Positions 43,753-54,270 of a DNA stretch of 64,000 nt are shown in pieces. Under the pieces are notes generated by a model that ran no database searches, was not told the DNA's origin, and saw nothing but the letters and a program-made list of their open reading frames with translations. The translations under genes were made by a program, and so were the position numbers. This DNA comes from Gemmatimonadales bacterium. Its GTDB lineage: Bacteria > Gemmatimonadota > Gemmatimonadetes > Gemmatimonadales > GWC2-71-9. Position 1 is the stretch's first letter, and each line of letters opens with the position of its first letter. The stretch lies in contig DASPXJ010000091.1 of NCBI GenBank assembly GCA_035637355.1, forward strand, positions 161 through 64,160, written 5' to 3'.

Positions 43753-44117
43753 GCACGCCCGCCGAGGAGCGGCTCGTCACGCTCATCGCCGAGTCGGCGC
43801 GCGGGCCGCAGCGCGAGGGCCTGTTCGCGCTGTGGCTCATGGTGCGCGCGGCCGAGGCGTTGCTGCCGCCCTCGCCCGTGAGCGCGAAGAACCACCGCCG
43901 CCGGCTGCAGGCCATCGAGACCCGCCTCGGCAGCCTGGCCCTCCCCGCCCCGCTCAAGCGCGCGCTCGTCGCGGCGCGGCAGCACCTCGAGACGGCCACC
44001 CCCAACGCCGCGGCGCTGGTGCTCAGCCAGCTCACCGCGCCGGCGCGTGACGTACTCGGCGTGGAGGCCGCGGATGCGGTCACCGTTGCAGCACGCAGCG
44101 CCAGATTGCATTTATAG
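43749..44117 (+). CDS. Hypothetical helical protein (122 aa)
   Basis: GTG 43749 within ORF 43476..44117. GTGA overlap with the GT9 stop, and it ends 3 nt before the DnaB-like gene. Confidence 0.45.
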   Translation: MSTPAEERLVTLIAESARGPQREGLFALWLMVRAAEALLPPSPVSAKNHRRRLQAIETRLGSLALPAPLKRALVAARQHLETATPNAAALVLSQLTAPARDVLGVEAADAVTVAARSARLHL

Positions 44118-44120
44118 ACT

Positions 44121-44999
44121 ATGGCTCCCCCTTCCCCCGCCCGCCGCTTCGAAAAACGTGCCTCGCTCGACAACCTCGTAGAGCGGGTGGACGCGCAGCG
44201 CCCCGGCGAGATCACCGGCGACACGATCCCGACCGGATTCGGCTCGCTCGACAAGCTGCTCGGTGGCGGATTGCGCAGGCGCGACCTGATTCTGTTGGGC
44301 GGCGATATCGGCAGCGGCAAATCGGCGCTCGCGCTGGGGATCGCGCTCCGCGTCGCGCAGCAATCGCTGGGCGTCGCCTACCTGTCGGGGGAGATGAATG
44401 AAGAACGGCTCATGGAGCGCGCGCTCGCGATCGAGGGCAAAGTCGCGGTCGACGAGCTGCGGGCCGCCAAGCTGAGCGACCAGACCCGCGCCGGTATCGG
44501 CGGCGCCGCGGTACGGCTGCGCGGTCTGCCGCTCACGCTCTTGCCGCTCGCGGGCGAGGATTTCGAGACCGCCTTCGAGCGACTCGACCCGCTGCGCCAG
44601 GTGGGGCTCGTCGTCGTCGACTATCTCCAGCTCGTGCCGCCACCGAAGGCGCGCACGACGCAGGACGAGGACACGGCGCTGGTGTTAAGGCATCTCAAGG
44701 CGCTGGCGCTCGCGCGCGAGGTGGCGCTCCTCGTGGTCGCGCAATTGCCGCGCTTCCAGGCCGAGCGTGACGATCAGCGGCCGACCCTCGACGACTACGG
44801 TGTGTTCGGCGCGCCGAAACAACACGCCGATGTGATCCTTTCCGTGTTCCGAGAGGAGATGTACCGGCCCGGTGGCGGCGTGGAGGGGGCCACCGAGCTG
44901 ATCGTGGCGAAGAACCGCAATGGTCCGACCGGCTTCGTGGACCTGTACTTCTATCGCCGCTGGATGCGGTTCGAGGATATGCTGGACCCCGACCGGTAG
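44121..44999 (+). CDS. DnaB-helicase C-terminal (RecA-fold ATPase) domain protein lacking the DnaB N-terminal domain
   Basis: ORF 44121..44999. GFGSLDKLLGGGLRRRDLILLGGDIGSGKSALAL (Walker A), SGEMNEERL (catalytic Glu context), VVVDYLQL (Walker B), ELIVAKNRNGPTG. Confidence 0.75.
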   Translation: MAPPSPARRFEKRASLDNLVERVDAQRPGEITGDTIPTGFGSLDKLLGGGLRRRDLILLGGDIGSGKSALALGIALRVAQQSLGVAYLSGEMNEERLMERALAIEGKVAVDELRAAKLSDQTRAGIGGAAVRLRGLPLTLLPLAGEDFETAFERLDPLRQVGLVVVDYLQLVPPPKARTTQDEDTALVLRHLKALALAREVALLVVAQLPRFQAERDDQRPTLDDYGVFGAPKQHADVILSVFREEMYRPGGGVEGATELIVAKNRNGPTGFVDLYFYRRWMRFEDMLDPDR

Positions 45000-45048
45000 G
45001 GACACGCCATAGGCGTGCCGTACGGGCACGACATGTCGTGCCCCTACC
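44995..45048. terminator. Bidirectional stem-loop cluster between convergent genes
   Basis: cacgcc-ata-ggcgtg (45003-45017) and the perfect 20-nt palindrome gggcacgacatgtcgtgccc (45024-45043) are enclosed by ggtagg/cctacc. Confidence 0.5.
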
Positions 45049-45448
45049 GTTTCGTGGAATCCGTCGGAATCACGCCGATCATCGTATAGGTCGTGCCCGG
45101 CCCACCCACGTTCGGCCGCAACGTCAGCCACAGCGGCCGCTTGTTCTGCTCCGCGTAGATCGTGACGGTGCCGCTGCGATCACTGACCGTGCGCCTCACG
45201 TCCCAGTGATTCAGCGGCAGCGCCTGCAGGAACCACGTCGCCACAGTCGTCACCGAATCGGGCGATGACATGACGAGTTGAGCCGCCTCCTCGCCTGCCG
45301 AGACGCTGACCATCGAGGAGCGCGGATAGGCGAGCGTGCCGCTCAGCGCCTGGCCGGCGCGGTGCCGGGTCTGCTCGGGATTCTCCCCGGGGCGCTCGCA
45401 GGCGGCGAGCAACACGACGATGACGATGAAACGGGCGGCGCGCGGCAT
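45044..45448 (-). CDS. Hypothetical lipoprotein
   Basis: ORF 45044..45448. MPRAARFIVIVVLLAAC (lipobox LLAAC). Confidence 0.6.
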   Translation of the reverse strand: MPRAARFIVIVVLLAACERPGENPEQTRHRAGQALSGTLAYPRSSMVSVSAGEEAAQLVMSSPDSVTTVATWFLQALPLNHWDVRRTVSDRSGTVTIYAEQNKRPLWLTLRPNVGGPGTTYTMIGVIPTDSTKR

Positions 45449-45485
45449 GGGCGCGGGAATGCTACCTGTGGCGCTCTCACGCGGT

Positions 45486-45558
45486 CAAGTTGTAAGTTGC
45501 AGGCTGCCAGACCTCAGAGGAGTTGCGAAGACGCCGAAGTTGCGAAGTGGCTGCAAGC
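45486..45558 (+). repeat. Second copy of the AAGTTGC-module repeat family
   Basis: agttgcgaagacgccgaagttgcgaagtggctgcaagc (45521-45558) matches agttgcacagacgcc-aagttgcgaagtggctccaagc (24659-24695) at ~33/37 positions. An upstream module is caagttgtaagttgcaggctgcc. Confidence 0.65.
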
Positions 45559-45570
45559 GGGGAGCTGCCA

Positions 45571-46317
45571 GTGGCTGGTCATAGCAAGTGGAAGCAGATC
45601 AAACGGAAGAAGGCGGTCACCGATCAGAAGCGGGGCGCCGTGTTCACGCGTCTCATCCGCGAAATCACGATCGCCGCGAAGCAGGGCGGCGGCGATCCGG
45701 GCGGCAACGCGCGGCTCCGCACCGCGATCGACGCCGCCAAAGCGGAAAACATGCCGGCCGACAACATCGACCGCGCGATCAAGAAGGGCACCGGTGAGCT
45801 GGAAGGCGTGACCTACGAAGAGGTCACGTACGAAGGATACGGTCCCGGTGGTGCCGCGCTGCTGATCCAGGCGACGACCGACAATCCCAACCGCACCGTG
45901 GCCGAGATCCGTAACGTTTTCCAGCGCCACGGAGCCAACCTGGCCGCGACCAACGCCGTCGCCTGGATGTTCGATCGCAAGGGGCAGATCGTCGTCGACG
46001 CGAAAGCGAGCGAGGACGCGACGATGGAAGCCGCGCTCGACGCCGGTGCGGAGGATATGGAGAAAGAGGGGGACATCTACCTCATCACGACGCCGCCCAC
46101 CCAGCTCCACGCGATCGATCAGGCGCTGCGGACCAGACAGCTGCCGGTGCAGAGCGCGGAGATCGCGCTGGTTCCCAAGAACACCGTGAAAGTCGAGGGC
46201 AGCGACGCCAAGCGCCTGCTGCAGCTCGTCGAGGGCCTCGAGGAGATGGACGACGTCGCGAAGGTGTTTTCCAACTTCGACATCGACGCCGAGGCGATGG
46301 CGGCGGTGACGGGATGA
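45571..46317 (+). CDS. yebC: YebC/PmpR-family transcriptional regulator
   Basis: GTG 45571 within ORF 45523..46317. (M)AGHSKWKQIKRKKAVTDQKRGAVFTRLIREI. Confidence 0.9.
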   Translation: MAGHSKWKQIKRKKAVTDQKRGAVFTRLIREITIAAKQGGGDPGGNARLRTAIDAAKAENMPADNIDRAIKKGTGELEGVTYEEVTYEGYGPGGAALLIQATTDNPNRTVAEIRNVFQRHGANLAATNAVAWMFDRKGQIVVDAKASEDATMEAALDAGAEDMEKEGDIYLITTPPTQLHAIDQALRTRQLPVQSAEIALVPKNTVKVEGSDAKRLLQLVEGLEEMDDVAKVFSNFDIDAEAMAAVTG

Positions 46318-46318
46318 C

Positions 46319-46801
46319 GTGAGGGTCCTGGGCGTCGACCCCGGCACCGCGATCACGGGCTACGGCGTGATCGAGACGGGGAATGGGAACCGAACCCCCC
46401 GGTTGGGCCGACTCATCGAATGCGGTGTTTTTCGCTTCGGACGCAACAATTCCCTGCCCCATCGTCTCGCAGAGCTTCACCACGAAATCGCGCAGCTCAT
46501 TCGGCGTCACCAGCCATCCGTGCTCGCCCTGGAGGACGCCTTCTATCATAAGAACGTGCGTACCACCCTCGTGCTCGGCCATGCACGGGGGGTGATCCTG
46601 CTGGCCGCGGAACAAGAGGGCCTGGAAATCGCCCAGTATCCACCTGCCATGATCAAAAAGACGGTAGTCGGCGCCGGCGGAGCCCAGAAGTCGCAAGTCG
46701 CGACGATGGTGGCTCGGTTGCTGCGGCTCAAGCACGCGCCCAAACCGTCAGATGCTGCCGACGGTGTCGCGGTGGCCCTGACCTACATTCTGCGGTCATG
46801 A
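46319..46801 (+). CDS. ruvC: Crossover junction endodeoxyribonuclease RuvC
   Basis: ORF 46319..46801. VLGVDPGTAITGYGVIE...EDAFY...DAADGVAVAL. Confidence 0.95.
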   Translation: MRVLGVDPGTAITGYGVIETGNGNRTPRLGRLIECGVFRFGRNNSLPHRLAELHHEIAQLIRRHQPSVLALEDAFYHKNVRTTLVLGHARGVILLAAEQEGLEIAQYPPAMIKKTVVGAGGAQKSQVATMVARLLRLKHAPKPSDAADGVAVALTYILRS

Positions 46802-47385
46802 TCGCGCATGTTCGCGGCCGTCTGGCCGCCAAGTCCGCCGACCGCGTCGTCGTCGAGACGCCGGGCGGCGTCGGGTACGAAGTCGTCGTGCCGCTCGGCG
46901 TCATGGAGCGGCTCCCCGCCAGCGGAGCCGAAATCACGCTCGCCACGGAGCTGGTGGTGCGCGAAGACGGCTGGGCCCTGTACGGCTTTCTCGACGACGC
47001 GGAGCGGCGTTTCTTCCAGCGGCTGACCAGCGTGAGCGGTGTCGGTCCCAAGATCGGCATCGCCCTGCTCTCGGCGCTCGGGGTCGAGCGGGGCGCGCGC
47101 GCGCTGCGGGAGAAGAACATCGCGCTGCTTTCATCCGTCAGCGGCATCGGCCGCAAGACCGCCGAGCGGCTGGCACTCGAGCTGGGAGAGAAGGTGGAGG
47201 AGTTTACGGAGACCCCATCCGTGGCCGTCCCGGTTGGCGCCGAGGCGGCGCTCAAGGCGCTGGAGCGGCTCGGTTATGGAACGGCGGAGGCCGATCGGGC
47301 CGTGCGGCAGGTGCTTGCCGGGAATGGGACGGAAGAAACCGAGGCGCTCGTGCGGCGTGCACTGCAGATACTCACCACCCGATGA
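46798..47385 (+). CDS. ruvA: Holliday junction branch-migration complex subunit RuvA
   Basis: ORF 46798..47385. MIAHVRGRL...GVGYEV...LTSVSGVGPKIGIALLS...VSGIGRKTAERL. Confidence 0.95.
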   Translation: MIAHVRGRLAAKSADRVVVETPGGVGYEVVVPLGVMERLPASGAEITLATELVVREDGWALYGFLDDAERRFFQRLTSVSGVGPKIGIALLSALGVERGARALREKNIALLSSVSGIGRKTAERLALELGEKVEEFTETPSVAVPVGAEAALKALERLGYGTAEADRAVRQVLAGNGTEETEALVRRALQILTTR

Positions 47386-47567
47386 CCGCCATCCCCGCTG
47401 AGGTGACCGCGGAATGGATCTGCACGCGCTGCGGGTCCACGAACCGGCGGCTCGTGCCCGCCGGCGTCACGCGGGCGGAGGATGTGTGCCTCCAGTGTCA
47501 TACGCCGCACCAGATCGAGCAGGATAAACGGCCGGTCCGCTGGCTGGCGCGGGCGAAGCAGCGATAA
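47382..47567 (+). CDS. Small zinc-ribbon protein (61 aa) embedded between ruvA and ruvB
   Basis: ORF 47382..47567. CTRC...CLQC (two CxxC pairs). ATGA overlap with the ruvA stop and TAATG overlap with the ruvB start. Confidence 0.55.
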   Translation: MTAIPAEVTAEWICTRCGSTNRRLVPAGVTRAEDVCLQCHTPHQIEQDKRPVRWLARAKQR

Positions 47568-48598
47568 TGGCGCGCGCCGAAATCACGACGCCTGAGGCGC
47601 TCGAGAGCGAGCGGTTGACCGACGCGGCGCTGCGGCCGTCGCGGCTGGACGAGTTCGTCGGCCAGGCCAAGGTCAAGGAGTCGCTGCAGATCGCGATCGA
47701 CGCGGCGAAGCAGCGCAAGGAGCCGCTCGATCACACGCTGTTCTTCGGCCCGCCCGGCCTCGGCAAGACGACGCTCGCGCTGCTGATGGCCAAAGAATTG
47801 GGCGTCAGCATCCGTACCACCTCCGGTCCCGTGCTCGAGCGGCCCGGTGATCTCGTGGGGATGCTCACCTCGCTCAAGGCGGGCGACATCTTCTTTATAG
47901 ATGAAGTGCACCGCCTGCGGCCGGCGCTGGAAGAGTTCCTGTACCCGGCGATGGAGGAATTCCGGGTCGACGTGCGCATCGCCGACGGCCCGCACGCCCA
48001 GACGCTGCCGATGCAGCTGGAGCGCTTCACGCTGATCGGCGCCACGACGCGGTTCGGGCTGCTCACCCCGCCGCTGCGCGCGCGCTTCGGCCTGGTCGAA
48101 CGCCTCCACTACTATCCGCCCGATGATCTCGTCCAGATCATCATCCGCTCCGCCGGCATCCTCGGCGTCGGCGCCGACGCGGCGGGCGTCGCGGAGATCG
48201 CCCGCCGCAGCCGGGGCACGCCGCGTGTGGCGAACCGGCTCCTCAAACGCGTGCGCGATTACGCGCAGGTGCGTGCGGGCGGCAAAATCACCGCGGCCGT
48301 GGCCGGCGAGGCGCTGAAGCGGCTCGACGTAGACGAGTTCGGGCTCGACGACATGGACGCCCGCATCCTCAAGGCGATCATCGAGATGTTCGAGGGCGGT
48401 CCCGTCGGCGTGCAGACGGTCGCCGCGGCGGTCGGTGAGGATCCGGGGACGCTCGAGGAGGTCTACGAGCCGTTCCTGATGCAGCAAGGCTTTCTCGCCC
48501 GTACGCCGCGCGGCCGCGTCGCGACGCCCGCAGCCTACCGGCACTTTGGATTTGTCCCACCGAAATCGGCGGAGCAGGCGAGTATCTTCGACGGCTAG
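47567..48598 (+). CDS. ruvB: Holliday junction branch-migration ATPase RuvB
   Basis: ORF 47567..48598. Walker [12 protein letters not shown], Walker [16 protein letters not shown]. Confidence 0.95.
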   Translation: MARAEITTPEALESERLTDAALRPSRLDEFVGQAKVKESLQIAIDAAKQRKEPLDHTLFFGPPGLGKTTLALLMAKELGVSIRTTSGPVLERPGDLVGMLTSLKAGDIFFIDEVHRLRPALEEFLYPAMEEFRVDVRIADGPHAQTLPMQLERFTLIGATTRFGLLTPPLRARFGLVERLHYYPPDDLVQIIIRSAGILGVGADAAGVAEIARRSRGTPRVANRLLKRVRDYAQVRAGGKITAAVAGEALKRLDVDEFGLDDMDARILKAIIEMFEGGPVGVQTVAAAVGEDPGTLEEVYEPFLMQQGFLARTPRGRVATPAAYRHFGFVPPKSAEQASIFDG

Positions 48599-49617
48599 TG
48601 CACCGCCTCTCCGATTTCGACTACGCACTCCCCCCGGAGCAGATCGCCCAGCATCCGCTCGCTGATCGCTCCGCGAGCCGGCTCCTCGTGCTCGATCGCG
48701 CAACGGGTACGACGCGGCACCTCCACTTTCGCGACCTGCTGGAGCTGATCCCCCCGGGCGATCTGCTCGTCATCAACACGTCGCGCGTCATCCCGGCACG
48801 GTTACACGGGAAACGGGAAACGGGAAACGTTGCCGAGCTTCTCTTGGTGCGGGAGCTCCAGGACGGTTCATGGCTGGCCATGGGGCACCCCGGCGGCAAG
48901 CTGAAGCCCAGCCGCCGAGTCGCGTTCGGCGACGATAGCGCTGTCGAGATTCTCGAGATGCTGGGCGGAGGACTGCGACGCGTGCGGTTCGTGGGCAAGC
49001 TCGATGCGCGCGCGACGCTCGCGAAATACGGCGAGGTTCCGTTGCCGCCGTACATCCGTCGCACACCGACGGCGGCCGACCAGGAGCGGTATCAGACCGT
49101 GTACGCCACGCACGATGGCAGCGTCGCAGCGCCCACGGCGGGCCTCCATTTCACCACGGAGCTGCTGGCGCAGATCCACGAGCGCCGCACGCTGGTCACG
49201 GCGCTGGATCTGCACGTGGGACCGGGCACGTTCAAGCCGGTCGAGACCGACGACCTCGATAAGCACACGATGCACCCCGAGCCGTACGAGATTTCCCCGG
49301 GCGCGGCGAGCGGCATCAACCACAACCGCGGCAAGGTGTGGGCGGTGGGAACGACTGTGGTGCGAGCGCTCGAGTCAGCCGCTGACTCGCACGGTCAAGT
49401 GCGCGCCGGCGCGGCTGAAACGAGTCTCTTCATCCGCCCGCCGTACGATTTCAAGATCGTAAACCACTTGATCACGAACTTTCACCTGCCCCGCTCCACG
49501 CTGCTGATGCTCGTGTGCGCGTGGGGTGGATACGAGCGCGTCATGGCGGCGTATCGCGAGGCGGTGCAGAAAGGATATCGGTTCTATAGTTATGGCGATG
49601 CGATGCTGCTCATCTAG
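48598..49617 (+). CDS. queA: S-adenosylmethionine:tRNA ribosyltransferase-isomerase
   Basis: ORF 48598..49617. LSDFDYALPPEQIAQHP...PTAGLHFT...TNFHLPRSTLLML. Confidence 0.95.
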   Translation: MHRLSDFDYALPPEQIAQHPLADRSASRLLVLDRATGTTRHLHFRDLLELIPPGDLLVINTSRVIPARLHGKRETGNVAELLLVRELQDGSWLAMGHPGGKLKPSRRVAFGDDSAVEILEMLGGGLRRVRFVGKLDARATLAKYGEVPLPPYIRRTPTAADQERYQTVYATHDGSVAAPTAGLHFTTELLAQIHERRTLVTALDLHVGPGTFKPVETDDLDKHTMHPEPYEISPGAASGINHNRGKVWAVGTTVVRALESAADSHGQVRAGAAETSLFIRPPYDFKIVNHLITNFHLPRSTLLMLVCAWGGYERVMAAYREAVQKGYRFYSYGDAMLLI

Positions 49618-51079
<1,462 letters not shown>

Positions 51080-51083
<4 letters not shown>

Positions 51084-51628
51084 CGGTGCGGACGCTGCAC
51101 GTCCTGGGCTCGCCGGTGCTGCGGCAAAAATCGCCGCCGGTCGCCGCGGTTGACGATGCGGTGCGCCGGCTGGTGGACGATCTGTTCGAGACGATGCGCG
51201 CGGCCAAGGGCGTTGGCCTCGCGGCCAATCAAATCGGCGCCGCCCGCCGGGTGGCGGTGGTGGATGTCGGCGAAGAAGACCCGCCGCCGCTCGTGCTGAT
51301 CAATCCTCAAATCGTGGAGCGTAGCGACGAGGAGGAGACCGCCGAAGAGGGCTGTCTCTCGATCCCCGAGATTTTCGGCGATGTGACGCGATCGGCGCGG
51401 GTCGTCGTGGAGGCCCTGGATCAGGAAGGCCGCAAGGTCCGCACGGAGGCGCACGGCTACAAGGCGCGCGCGATCCAGCACGAGATCGACCACCTCGACG
51501 GCATCCTGTTTCTCGATCACCTCAGTGCCGTGAAGCGGAATCTCCTGCTCGCGAAGTGGAAAAAGTCGCGCAAGGGAAAGAAGGGATATCTCAAGGAGGT
51601 CACGCCGGAGCCGGCGGGTGAACTGTAA
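51080..51628 (+). CDS. def: Peptide deformylase
   Basis: ORF 51080..51628. GVGLAANQIG, EGCLSIP, HEIDHLDG. Confidence 0.95.
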
Positions 51629-52585
51629 GTGCGCGTGGTCTTCTTCGGTACGCCCGAATTCGCAGTGCCCTCGCTGCGCGCGCTGGTCGGTGAAGGGTTC
51701 GACGTCGCCGCCGTCGTCACACAACCCGATGCAGCGCAGGGACGCTCCCGTTCTCAGCTGATTCCCCCGCCGGTCAAGGTCGCCGCCGCCTCGGAAGACC
51801 TGCTCGTACTGCAGCCGGAAAAGCCGACCGATCCCGCATTTCTCAAACAACTCCGGGACCTGCAGCCCGACATCGGGGTCGTCGTCGCGTACGGCCACAT
51901 TCTCAAGCCCGAGCTGCTGACGCTGCCGCCGCGCGGCATGGTGAACGTGCATCCGTCCCTGTTGCCCGGCCTGCGCGGCGCGGCGCCGGTCGAGTGGGCC
52001 ATCATCCGCGGCCACGAAACGACCGGCGTGACGATCATGCAACTGGACGCCGGGATGGACTCCGGGCCGGTGCTGCACCAGATCCCCCACCGCATCGGGT
52101 CGGACGTGACGGGCGGGGACCTGTCGGCGCATCTCGCGGAAATGGGCGCGCAGGCGCTGATCGAAACGCTGGCGATGCTCGAGCAGAGCGATCCGCCGCC
52201 CCAACCCGTCCCGCAGAACGAGAGCCGCGCGACGTTCGCACCCAAGCTGACGCGCGAGACGGCCCGCATCGATTGGGCGAAGGACGCGCGCGCGATCGGG
52301 TGCCTCATCCGCGGGCTCGACCCGCGGCCCGGCGCATGGACGGAGCTGAAGGGTACCGAGATCAAGCTGTTCAGCCCGAAGGTCATGGAGCCGCCGTTTC
52401 CCGGCACGGGCGCGCCCGGCCAGGTGCTCTCGGCCCAGGGCTCGCTGGTCATTGCGACGGGGGAGGGGGGCGCCGCGGGCGCCGCCGTCGAAGTCTTTGA
52501 GGTGCAACCAGCCGGGAAGGCACGCATGCCGGCCGAGGAATGGCTGCGCGGTGCGCGCCTGCAGCCCGGCGCCAGGTTCTCGTGA
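51629..52585 (+). CDS. fmt: Methionyl-tRNA formyltransferase
   Basis: ORF 51629..52585. VVFFGTPEFAVPSL...NVHPSLLPGLRGAAP. Confidence 0.95.
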   Translation: MRVVFFGTPEFAVPSLRALVGEGFDVAAVVTQPDAAQGRSRSQLIPPPVKVAAASEDLLVLQPEKPTDPAFLKQLRDLQPDIGVVVAYGHILKPELLTLPPRGMVNVHPSLLPGLRGAAPVEWAIIRGHETTGVTIMQLDAGMDSGPVLHQIPHRIGSDVTGGDLSAHLAEMGAQALIETLAMLEQSDPPPQPVPQNESRATFAPKLTRETARIDWAKDARAIGCLIRGLDPRPGAWTELKGTEIKLFSPKVMEPPFPGTGAPGQVLSAQGSLVIATGEGGAAGAAVEVFEVQPAGKARMPAEEWLRGARLQPGARFS

Positions 52586-53199
52586 GAGCGGCGCTGCCGC
52601 GGCTGCACGCGATCACCGATGAGCGTATCGCGCGGCGGTCCGACCTCGACGCGGTCGCGCGCGCCCTGTCGGATGGCGGCGGCAGCGATCTGGCCATTCA
52701 CGCGCGCGGCCGCGCGCTGACCGGGCTCGAGCATTACGACCTGTCATTCCGTCTTTCCGTCCTGCCGTCGCAGTTATTTGTGAACGACCGTTTGGACATC
52801 GCCCTGGCGGTTCCATCGGCCGGTGTCCAGCTCGGTCATGGCAGCCTGCCCGTCAGCGCCGCCCGCGCGCTCAATCCGCTGTGGTGGATCGGCAAGTCGG
52901 TTCACGACTTGGACGAAGCGGAAGCCGCAAGGACGGAAGGGGCTGACTATCTTGTTGTAGGGCCGGTGTTCGCGACCGCCTCGCACCCGGGCCATACACC
53001 AATGGGCCTGGCGGGGCTCGAGCAGATCGTCGCCGCAGCCGAGGCGCTGCCGGTGATTGCCATCGGCGGCATCGGGGGGGCCGATCGAGTGCGCGAGGTG
53101 CGAGCCAGTGGGGCATACGGCGTCGCGGCGATTCGGGCGTTATGGGACGACGTCGAGCCCGAGAACGCCGCGCGGAGGATGCGGGAATGGATGTTGTGA
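52582..53199 (+). CDS. thiE: Thiamine-phosphate synthase
   Basis: GTG 52582 within ORF 52540..53199 (GTGA overlap with fmt). LHAITDE...FVNDRLDIAL...GVQLG...VGPVFAT...IAIGGI. Confidence 0.85.
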   Translation: MRAALPRLHAITDERIARRSDLDAVARALSDGGGSDLAIHARGRALTGLEHYDLSFRLSVLPSQLFVNDRLDIALAVPSAGVQLGHGSLPVSAARALNPLWWIGKSVHDLDEAEAARTEGADYLVVGPVFATASHPGHTPMGLAGLEQIVAAAEALPVIAIGGIGGADRVREVRASGAYGVAAIRALWDDVEPENAARRMREWML

Positions 53200-53387
53200 T
53201 CAATGGAGAGCGCAAACAGGTGACCCCCGGGGCAACCTTGCTCGAGCTGCTGACGCAGCTCGAGCTCGATCCGCGCACAGTCGTGGTCGAGCACAATCGC
53301 CGGATTGTTCGGCGCGCGGGGCTTGCCGAGGTCAACGTCGCTGAAGGCGATGCGATCGAGCTGGTGCATTTTGTTGGAGGGGGATGA
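53187..53387 (+). CDS. thiS: Sulfur-carrier protein ThiS
   Basis: ATG 53187 within ORF 53142..53387. 66 aa ending in ...VHFVGGG (C-terminal GG). Confidence 0.85.
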   Translation: MDVVINGERKQVTPGATLLELLTQLELDPRTVVVEHNRRIVRRAGLAEVNVAEGDAIELVHFVGGG

Positions 53388-53408
53388 GGGAAGGGGGAAG
53401 GGGGACGG

Positions 53409-54206
53409 GTGACTACCGCGGTTGAGACAATCCGGGATACTCCGCTCGACATTGGCGGGCGCACGTTCCAGTCGCGCCTCATGGTCGGGACCGGGAAATA
53501 TCCCGACATGGATACGATGGTGCGCGCGATCGACGCATCGGGCGCCGAGGTCGTGACCGTCGCGGTGCGCCGGGTGAATCTCGACCGCTCCAAGGAATCG
53601 AGCGTCCTGCACTTCCTCGATCCCAGGAAGATCTTCCTGCTCGCCAACACCGCCGGGTGCTACACCGCGGCCGACGCGATCCGCTACGCGCGGCTGGCGC
53701 GCGAGGCGGGGTTCAACGACTTCGTGAAGCTCGAGGTGATCGGCGACGAGGAGACGCTCCTGCCCGACGTGGCGGGGCTGCTCGAGGCGGCGAAGGTGCT
53801 GGTGCAGGAAGGCTTCAAAGTACTGGCGTACACCAACGAGGATCTCGTGACCGCGCTGCGGCTCGAGGATGCCGGCTGCGCCGCGGTGATGCCGCTCGCC
53901 TCGCCGATCGGTAGCGGGCTCGGCCTGTTGAATCCATTCAGCGTGCGGACGATCAAGCGCCGGCTGCACGTGCCGGTGATCGTCGATGCCGGCGTGGGCA
54001 CCGCGTCCGACGCGTGCGTCACGATGGAGCAAGGCGTGGATGGGATCCTGATGAACACCGCGATCGCGGCCGCGCAGGATCCGGTCTCGATGGCGCAGGC
54101 GATGCGGCTCGCCACGATCGCGGGCCGCGCGGCGTATCTCGCCGGCCGGATGCCGCGGCGCGAGGTCGCTATGCCGTCTTCCCCCACCCGGGGGATGCTG
54201 GATTAA
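53409..54206 (+). CDS. thiG: Thiazole synthase
   Basis: ORF 53409..54206. SRLMVGTGKY...KLEVIGD...VMPLASPIGSG...VIVDAGVGTASDA. Confidence 0.95.
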   Translation: MTTAVETIRDTPLDIGGRTFQSRLMVGTGKYPDMDTMVRAIDASGAEVVTVAVRRVNLDRSKESSVLHFLDPRKIFLLANTAGCYTAADAIRYARLAREAGFNDFVKLEVIGDEETLLPDVAGLLEAAKVLVQEGFKVLAYTNEDLVTALRLEDAGCAAVMPLASPIGSGLGLLNPFSVRTIKRRLHVPVIVDAGVGTASDACVTMEQGVDGILMNTAIAAAQDPVSMAQAMRLATIAGRAAYLAGRMPRREVAMPSSPTRGMLD

Positions 54207-54270
54207 AGAAGCAACTGCCGCGCGGCGAGCGGCTCTGGAGATCCTGCGCGCGGTCCGAGCCGGCGCGCCC

